64,000 nucleotides of DNA, taken from assembly GCA_963798845.1 (NCBI GenBank), contig CAWCUS010000005.1, positions 135,572 to 199,571 of the forward strand, written 5' to 3'. The position numbers and the translations under genes were made by a program. This DNA is from an uncultured Gemmatimonadales bacterium. Lineage in GTDB: Bacteria > Gemmatimonadota > Gemmatimonadetes > Longimicrobiales > RSA9. The notes under the pieces are model-generated. The model saw nothing but the letters and a program-made list of their open reading frames with translations, did no database searches and was not told where the DNA came from. Of the stretch, positions 58,659 through 64,000 are shown in pieces (position 1 is the first letter of the stretch; the number at the start of each line of letters is the position of its first letter).

Positions 58659-60290
58659 TCAGATGCTGATGGGCTCGGTGGGCCGCTTCCGAGCGAGATA
58701 GAGCAGGAAGAACGTGCGCGTCACGTAGACCGCAGAGAAGAACGACGCCACGATCCCCACCGACAGCGTCACAGCGAACCCGCGCACGGGCCCGGTGCCG
58801 AACTGGAAGAGGATCAGCGCCGTGAGCAGTGTGGTCAGGTTCGAGTCCACGATCGCCGACATGGCGTGCTGGAATCCCTCGTCGGCGGCCGTCCTCGCTA
58901 CACGCCCCGCGGCCAGCTCCTCACGTATTCGCTCGAAGATCAGGACGTTCGCATCCACCGCCATGCCCACGGACAGGATCATGCCCGCGATCCCCGGAAG
59001 CGTGAGCGTGGCGTTGAAGGCCGCGAGGCCTCCGAGCACCAGGATGACGTAGACCACCAGCGCGCTCACGGCGAGCAGGCCCGAGACGCGGTAGTAGGCG
59101 ATCATGACGCCGACCACCAGGATCAGCCCCACGATCCCGGCCACCTCCCCCTTGCCGATGGAGTCCGCGCCCAGCGACGGCCCCACCGAACGCTGCTCGA
59201 TGATCCGCAGCGGCGCGGGGAGCGCGCCCGCGCGGAGCACGAGCGCCAGGTCCTGCGCTTCCTCGAGCGGCGCCTGCCCCATCTCGATCTGGCCCCGAGC
59301 TCCGATCTGGCTCCGGATCACGGGGGCGCTCACCACCTGGTCGTCGAGCACGATGGCGATCCGCTCGCCAATGTTCTGGCCGGTGACGCGCTCGAAGGTC
59401 CGGCCGCCCCGCCGCGTGAGCGTGAACGAGACGATGGTCTGGTTGTACTGCTGTTCCTTGCCCGGCTGCGCGTCCTGGAGCTCCTCGCCTTTCAGGAATG
59501 GCCGCTCCTGTAGCACGTACAGCGGCCGGTACAGCTCCGCCCCCTGTGCTGTCGGCTCCTCACCCCAGCGAAGGATCATGCCCCGGGGGATCGTCCGCTC
59601 GACCTGCGGGTTGGACAGCCACCGCCTCATGGTCTCGTAATCGCGCTCGGCCACCAGCATCTCGCCGCCGCCGCCCGCCTGCATGAGCATGTCGCTGAAA
59701 GGCCGCCGGCTCGGCGCCTCCACCTCGGCCGCGGTGTCCGCCGCGCCCGCGGCCTCGCCCGTCGTGTCTGCCGCCTGGGCGGAGTCGCCGCCGAACAGGA
59801 GGTTCTCGACAGTCTCGCGTCCCGTCTCCTCCGGCTCCGCGCCGGGCGCGAGGCCGGCGCTGTCGCCGAACGCGGCGAGCACGGCGCGGTCGAGGCGAGG
59901 AAGCGCGGCGGTGAACTGCTGGAACTCCTGCTCGGTCGAGACCAGGTAGAACTCGAGGAAGGCGGTCTGCTTCAGGATCGACTTGGCCCGCTCCTGGTCC
60001 TGGATCCCCGCGAGCTCCACGATGATCCGGTCGGCGCCCGCCTTCTGGATCAGCGGCTCCTCGACCCCGAACTGGTCGATCCGGGTCCGGATGATCTTCA
60101 GGGCACGGTCGGTCGCATCCGCCCGGCTCTGCGGTGTCATGGTCCCGGCCTGGTCCTCGACTTCGAGCACCAGGTGCATGCCGCCCTGGAGGTCGAGGCC
60201 TCGCTTGAGGCCGTTGTGGTAGAGGTACCAGCCACTGACGACGACCACCAGGACGATCAGGGCGACGCGACCCTTCAAGCTGCCGAGCAT
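58659..60290 (-). CDS. secD: Protein translocase subunit SecD
   Basis: 543-aa protein containing ...LDLQGGMHLVLEV, ...SVGPSLGADSI, ...LTLPGIAGMILSVGMAVDANVLIFERIREE. Confidence 0.92.
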   Translation of the reverse strand: MLGSLKGRVALIVLVVVVSGWYLYHNGLKRGLDLQGGMHLVLEVEDQAGTMTPQSRADATDRALKIIRTRIDQFGVEEPLIQKAGADRIIVELAGIQDQERAKSILKQTAFLEFYLVSTEQEFQQFTAALPRLDRAVLAAFGDSAGLAPGAEPEETGRETVENLLFGGDSAQAADTTGEAAGAADTAAEVEAPSRRPFSDMLMQAGGGGEMLVAERDYETMRRWLSNPQVERTIPRGMILRWGEEPTAQGAELYRPLYVLQERPFLKGEELQDAQPGKEQQYNQTIVSFTLTRRGGRTFERVTGQNIGERIAIVLDDQVVSAPVIRSQIGARGQIEMGQAPLEEAQDLALVLRAGALPAPLRIIEQRSVGPSLGADSIGKGEVAGIVGLILVVGVMIAYYRVSGLLAVSALVVYVILVLGGLAAFNATLTLPGIAGMILSVGMAVDANVLIFERIREELAAGRVARTAADEGFQHAMSAIVDSNLTTLLTALILFQFGTGPVRGFAVTLSVGIVASFFSAVYVTRTFFLLYLARKRPTEPISI

Positions 60291-60409
60291 GGCTCCCGAT
60301 TTCTCCCGTTCTGCTTACGTGCGGGCAGAACGCCCGCTGTCCGTCGAAAGACGGCGAAAAGTGACGGTGCCACCGCCCCCTGTCAACGGCAGCCGGCGTC
60401 GCGCAGGGC

Positions 60410-61702
60410 TCAGCCCTGATAGCTCACGCGCCAGATCCTGCCGCCGGCGTCATCGGTGATGTAGAGCGAGCCATCCGGCCCAACCGCCAGGCCGGTCGGC
60501 CGGTGCGAGCGCGTCTCCGCCCAGTTCTCTTCCCCGTGCGCGAAGACCGTGTGCGAAGGGCCGAACTCCCCGCCGGTGCGGGGGACGAACACCACGTACG
60601 CCCCCTCCTGCGGCTCGGGAGCGCGATTCCACGAGCCATGGAACGCGATGAACGCTCCGCCACGGAAGCGCTGCGGGAACGCGGCTTCCGCCCCGTCCGG
60701 CGGCTCGTAGAAGGCGAGCCCGTCGGGGGCCAGGTGGCCCGGGAATCCGAGGATCGGCGGGGTCAGGCCGGCGCAACGCTCCGCTGCCGTCTCCGGACCG
60801 CCGTACTCTGGAGCCAGAACGTAACTCCCCTGGCGCTGGTCGTAGTAGCAGTAGGGCCAGCCGAAATCCGCCCCTTCGCTCACCCGCACGAACTTCTCCG
60901 CGGGCAGCTCCGCCCCTTCCTGGGCCGAGTACGATTCACCCCAGTTCTGGTAGAGCTGGTCCCGTCCATGGACCGCCGCGTACAGCTTTCCGTCGCCGGG
61001 ATCGAAGGCCAGCGCCACGCTGTTCCGCATGCCGGTCGCGAAGCGCTCTCCGTCCGCGAGCGTCTGCCCCGCCTTCGCCGCGTCGAAACGCCAGATCCCC
61101 GCGTTCTCCTGGCGCTCATCGCACGGGTCCTTCCCCGGGGAGCCCGCGCGGCGGTCCCGCTCCTGACACGAGTTCGACGGGGAGCCCATGTTCACGAACA
61201 GCGTTCCGTCCGGGGTGATCGCCAGCGACTTGGCCACGTGGCTCCCGTGCGCGCGGAGCCCGCCCACGATCGTTTCGGCCCCACCGGTGGGCTCGAGCGA
61301 CCCCGCAGCCAGCCGGTACCGGACGACCGCCCCGTCCCGGCCGAAATACAGCCAGCCGTTCCACAGCCCGATCCCCGTCCCGCCGGCGTTGTCGAAGCGC
61401 CGGCGCACGTCCGCTCGGCCGTCCCCCGTGGTGTCCCGGAGCGCGAGCACCCCTCCGGCGTCATCGCCCGCCCCGTCGAGGGATACGAAGAGGTCCCCGT
61501 TCGCCGCCACCGTGATGTGCCGCGGCGCCGGCAGCCCATCCGCCACCACCAGGGCGCAGAAACCCTCCGGGAGCACCAGACCGCCATTGTCCGGGTCGCA
61601 CGACGGGTCCGCTGCCGTGGTCCGGTCCGCGGCGAGGCAGCCCAGGGATGTCGTCAGGACTACGGCGAACGCGACCGTGACGGGAAGGTGCGCTGGTCTC
61701 AT
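60410..61702 (-). CDS. PQQ-dependent sugar (glucose/sorbosone) dehydrogenase family beta-propeller, secreted or lipoprotein
   Basis: 430-aa protein. The signal sequence ends in ...TTSLGC. It contains ...LPEGFCALVVADGLPAPRHITVAANGDLFVS, ...GMRNSVALAFDP and ...PTGLAVGPDGSLYITDDAGGRIWRVSY. Confidence 0.75.
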   Translation of the reverse strand: MRPAHLPVTVAFAVVLTTSLGCLAADRTTAADPSCDPDNGGLVLPEGFCALVVADGLPAPRHITVAANGDLFVSLDGAGDDAGGVLALRDTTGDGRADVRRRFDNAGGTGIGLWNGWLYFGRDGAVVRYRLAAGSLEPTGGAETIVGGLRAHGSHVAKSLAITPDGTLFVNMGSPSNSCQERDRRAGSPGKDPCDERQENAGIWRFDAAKAGQTLADGERFATGMRNSVALAFDPGDGKLYAAVHGRDQLYQNWGESYSAQEGAELPAEKFVRVSEGADFGWPYCYYDQRQGSYVLAPEYGGPETAAERCAGLTPPILGFPGHLAPDGLAFYEPPDGAEAAFPQRFRGGAFIAFHGSWNRAPEPQEGAYVVFVPRTGGEFGPSHTVFAHGEENWAETRSHRPTGLAVGPDGSLYITDDAGGRIWRVSYQG

Positions 61703-61812
61703 CGAGGCCCTCCTGAGTTCGGGGTCCGGGTGGGAAGGTGCATGGGCACTGGGGCGCCGGTCGCGCCGCTGCGGCCGGAGGACGGAACGTGCCGGCGTGG
61801 TCCGGAGTCGAG

Positions 61813-61886
61813 TGGGCCCGGCAGGACTCGAACCTGCGACCCTCCGATTATGAGTCGGGTGCTCTGACCGACTGAGCTACGGGCCC
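61813..61886 (-). tRNA. tRNA with anticodon CAU (elongator Met or lysidine-modified Ile2; not initiator)
   Basis: The reverse complement reads GGGCCCGTAGCTCAGTCGGTCAGAGCACCCGACTCATAATCGGAGGGTCGCAGGTTCGAGTCCTGCCGGGCCCA. Positions 1 and 72 form a G-C pair, and the anticodon stem lacks the three consecutive G-C pairs of initiator tRNA. Confidence 0.85.
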
Positions 61887-61898
61887 GCGTCGCGGTCG

Positions 61899-63791
61899 AT
61901 GGCCGGAAACATAGGCCGGGGCCGCCCGGGGAGGAAGAGGAGGCCAGCGCGAGACGCCGGTGCCCGAACGGGTTCCTTGCCGGGTGGATTCCGGCTGCTG
62001 TATTCATTCGGCCCGGCCCTCTTCACCAAGGCCCCCTTGGCAGACGAAACACTGGATCGCTGTTTTCGACTCCTCGAGCTGGAGCCCGGCGCCACCTTCG
62101 TCGAGGTGCGGGAGGCGTACAGGGTACAGTGCCGGGTCTGGCACCCGGACCGCTTCGCCGGGAACGCCGCAATGCACGCGCGCGCCACGCTCCGTCAGCA
62201 GGAGCTGAACGCAGCGTACCGGACGCTCGTGCAGGAGTATCAGGGGAGAAGCGCTGCGGGCGGAACCGCTCCGTCGTCCGGCGAGAGCCAGGCCACTCCA
62301 CAGGAGGACGCCGCGGCGCCAGCAGAGACCGGTGCTTCGACCGCGGTCGCTGCGCGTCGGCGTCCGGGCGAGAGAAGACGGCGTTCGCCCGACCGCGGCG
62401 GGATCCGGGCGCTCGCGGCAGCGGCGCTGGCCTGGGCTGCCGTGTCGACGCGCCGGGCTCTGCTCCTGGGCGCGCTGCTGGTGTCCGGCGCCATAACCGC
62501 TGCCGCGGCGGTGGCCGTGCTGGTATCGGACCGTGCCCTGGTGCGCGACCCTGATGGCACGCCGATCCTGGTGACCGCGCTGGCAACCGGAGGGGGGCAG
62601 GTGTGCGGCGCCGGTGAGCCCGGCGTCGCCTGCTGGGGTCGGAACGATGCCGGACAGAGCGGGATCGAACCGTCCAGCGACGGCGGCTGGGCCGCACCGG
62701 CGTGGCACTCCCTTCCGACGCGGGCCTCGGCGGTCGCGGCGGGGCTGGTGCACACATGCGCCCTGCTCTCGGACGGGCGGATCGAGTGCTGGGGCGCCAA
62801 CTTCGCCGGGCAGCTGGGGACCGGTGGCCTGCAGGATCGGGCCTCGCCGGCCGCGGTGCTCGGGGACAGCCGCTTCGCGTCATTGTCATCGCTGGGGCGC
62901 CACACGTGCGCCCTGACGCGGGACGGCACGCTCTACTGCTGGGGCGACGACACGGACGGCCAGCTCGGCCTCGGCCGTCCCGTCGCCGCGTGCCAGGTGG
63001 ACGAATCCCGGTTCTACTGCTCCGACCGCCCGGAGCGTGTAGCTCCCCCGGCACGCTGGCGGGAGGTGGCGGCGGGCGGCAGCCACAGCTGCGGCATCGA
63101 GGAGAACGGGGGGCTGTCCTGCTGGGGCTCGGACCGCTACGGCCAGCTCGGCGCCGCGGCCGACCAGCGCTGCGAGGGGTCGGGGGGCGCGGCGCCCTGC
63201 CGGCGAGCGCCGGGGCCGGTGTCGCTTCCGCGGGTGACGGGCCCGATCCACGGCATCGCCGCCGGCGCATCGCACAGCTGCGTCCTTGACGGCGAGGGTC
63301 GGCCGCTGTGCTGGGGCCTGAACAGCCGGCGCCAGGCCGGCGCCGACAACGCCGACGTCCTCGCCGCGCCCACCCCCCTCCGCACGGATCTCCGCTTCAC
63401 GGCCCTCTTCGCCGGCGGGTATCACACCTGTGGGGTCACCGCTCGGCGTGACCTGTGGTGCTGGGGCAGCGATGCGGCGGGCGAGCTCGGGGGGACCGGC
63501 CGCGACCGGTGCGGCGGCGAGCGATGCACCGCCCGGCCCGTCGAGGTGGCGCGCTCCGTGTCGGCCGTCGCGACCGGCTTCGGCACCACCTGCGCGGCCG
63601 CGACCGACGGTCGCGTCCACTGCTGGGGCAGCGGGCTGGTGGAAGCGGCGAGGCCCGGCGAAGCCGCCGCCGTCGCGGTCGGCTCACCGGGCCGTCCGAA
63701 TCCGCTCACACGGCAGGTGCTCTGGCGTTTCCGCGCTCTCAGGACGCTGACGCACCGCATCCTGATCGACCCGCTCCGCCGGCTCTTCTAG
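61899..63791 (+). CDS. J-domain (DnaJ-like) / transmembrane / 7-repeat RCC1-like beta-propeller fusion protein
   Basis: 630-aa ORF starting at the ATG at 61899; an alternative TTG lies at 62037. The J domain (LDRCFRLLELEPGATFVEVREAYRVQCRVWHPDRF) carries the HPD motif. An Arg-rich stretch and the TM helix ALLLGALLVSGAITAAAAVAVLV follow. Seven blades then carry motifs such as HTCALLSDGRIECWGANFAGQLG, HTCALTRDGTLYCWGDDTDGQLG and HSCGIEENGGLSCWGSDRYGQLG. Confidence 0.75.
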   Translation: MAGNIGRGRPGRKRRPARDAGARTGSLPGGFRLLYSFGPALFTKAPLADETLDRCFRLLELEPGATFVEVREAYRVQCRVWHPDRFAGNAAMHARATLRQQELNAAYRTLVQEYQGRSAAGGTAPSSGESQATPQEDAAAPAETGASTAVAARRRPGERRRRSPDRGGIRALAAAALAWAAVSTRRALLLGALLVSGAITAAAAVAVLVSDRALVRDPDGTPILVTALATGGGQVCGAGEPGVACWGRNDAGQSGIEPSSDGGWAAPAWHSLPTRASAVAAGLVHTCALLSDGRIECWGANFAGQLGTGGLQDRASPAAVLGDSRFASLSSLGRHTCALTRDGTLYCWGDDTDGQLGLGRPVAACQVDESRFYCSDRPERVAPPARWREVAAGGSHSCGIEENGGLSCWGSDRYGQLGAAADQRCEGSGGAAPCRRAPGPVSLPRVTGPIHGIAAGASHSCVLDGEGRPLCWGLNSRRQAGADNADVLAAPTPLRTDLRFTALFAGGYHTCGVTARRDLWCWGSDAAGELGGTGRDRCGGERCTARPVEVARSVSAVATGFGTTCAAATDGRVHCWGSGLVEAARPGEAAAVAVGSPGRPNPLTRQVLWRFRALRTLTHRILIDPLRRLF

Positions 63792-63841
63792 GGCCCGGCG
63801 ACGCGCGTCGCGGAGGCCACGGGACGTCGGAATCCCCCGCG

Positions 63842-64000
63842 CTACCAGAGCGAGTTGAAGACCCCGACCATGACGCGCCAGTGTCCCTGACCGCCTTCCG
63901 ACGCGCTTCCCTCCACCCGGAACGGCCGGTCGAAGAGGTGCATGTGCGCCGCTTCGACCCGTATGCCCGTGACGTGGTCGGACCGCCTCAGGAACGTGAC
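63842..64000 (-). CDS. C-terminal fragment of a possible outer-membrane beta-barrel protein (truncated by the window edge)
   Basis: The minus-strand frame reads ...RVEAAHMHLFDRPFRVEGSASEGGQGHWRVMVGVFNSLW followed by a stop (TAG at 63842-63844). The alternating hydrophobic C-terminal strand ends in an aromatic residue. Only 52 codons are visible. Confidence 0.3.
   Translation of the reverse strand, partial: VTFLRRSDHVTGIRVEAAHMHLFDRPFRVEGSASEGGQGHWRVMVGVFNSLW

Noticed and set aside
60291-60409. A TTGACA hexamer upstream of secD, considered as a promoter.
   Set aside because: No acceptable -10 element lies at 16-19 nt spacing; the best candidate is TCACTT. I left it unannotated.

Overview
This is a very GC-rich bacterial chromosomal segment made up almost entirely of core housekeeping genes. 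I call 57 protein-coding genes (one truncated at the window end) and 4 tRNAs: Leu-UAA, Cys-GCA, Gly-GCC and Met/Ile2-CAU. I see no rRNA, CRISPR array, transposase, integrase, phage gene or recognisable defence gene.

Gene organisation: between 5.6 and 61.7 kb, 48 of 52 CDS lie on the minus strand in tightly packed operons, and more than 20 gene junctions have 1-20 nt start/stop overlaps.

Main blocks:
- rpsA, then an opposite-strand PadR plus duplicated MacB/FtsX-type orphan permease pair, then cmk-aroA-rnz.
- A 10-gene heme biosynthesis operon: hemH, a CcsA/HemX-like gene, then hemA-C-D-B-L-E-N-Y.
- rpiA-rpe.
- An outer-membrane beta-barrel protein and greA.
- folD-xseA-xseB-ispA-dxs-nadK-recN.
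- thrS, infC-rpmI-rplT, pheS-pheT, a coiled-coil gene, zapA and rny.
- glgP.
- groES-groEL with a CIRCE operator.
- The run from secD to coaX: secD-secF-tatD-DUF47-pit-mutL-miaA-bshA-birA-coaX.
- A PQQ-type sugar dehydrogenase.
- A J-domain/transmembrane/RCC1-propeller fusion protein.

Gene content (PadR plus orphan duplicated permease, bshA, CIRCE) would fit a Gemmatimonadota/Acidobacteriota-like lineage, but that is inference only.

I found no convincing multi-gene novel system. The most unusual items are:
- the J-domain-TM-RCC1 architecture;
- an OmpA-like barrel with an unrecognised C-terminal domain;
- an internally duplicated helical protein of unknown function;
- the PadR/permease module splitting the conserved cmk-rpsA linkage;
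- structured leaders with intrinsic terminators upstream of infC (probable ATA start), rpsA and thrS.

The many long Arg/Pro/Gly/Ala-rich ORFs antisense to these genes are treated as high-GC shadow ORFs.
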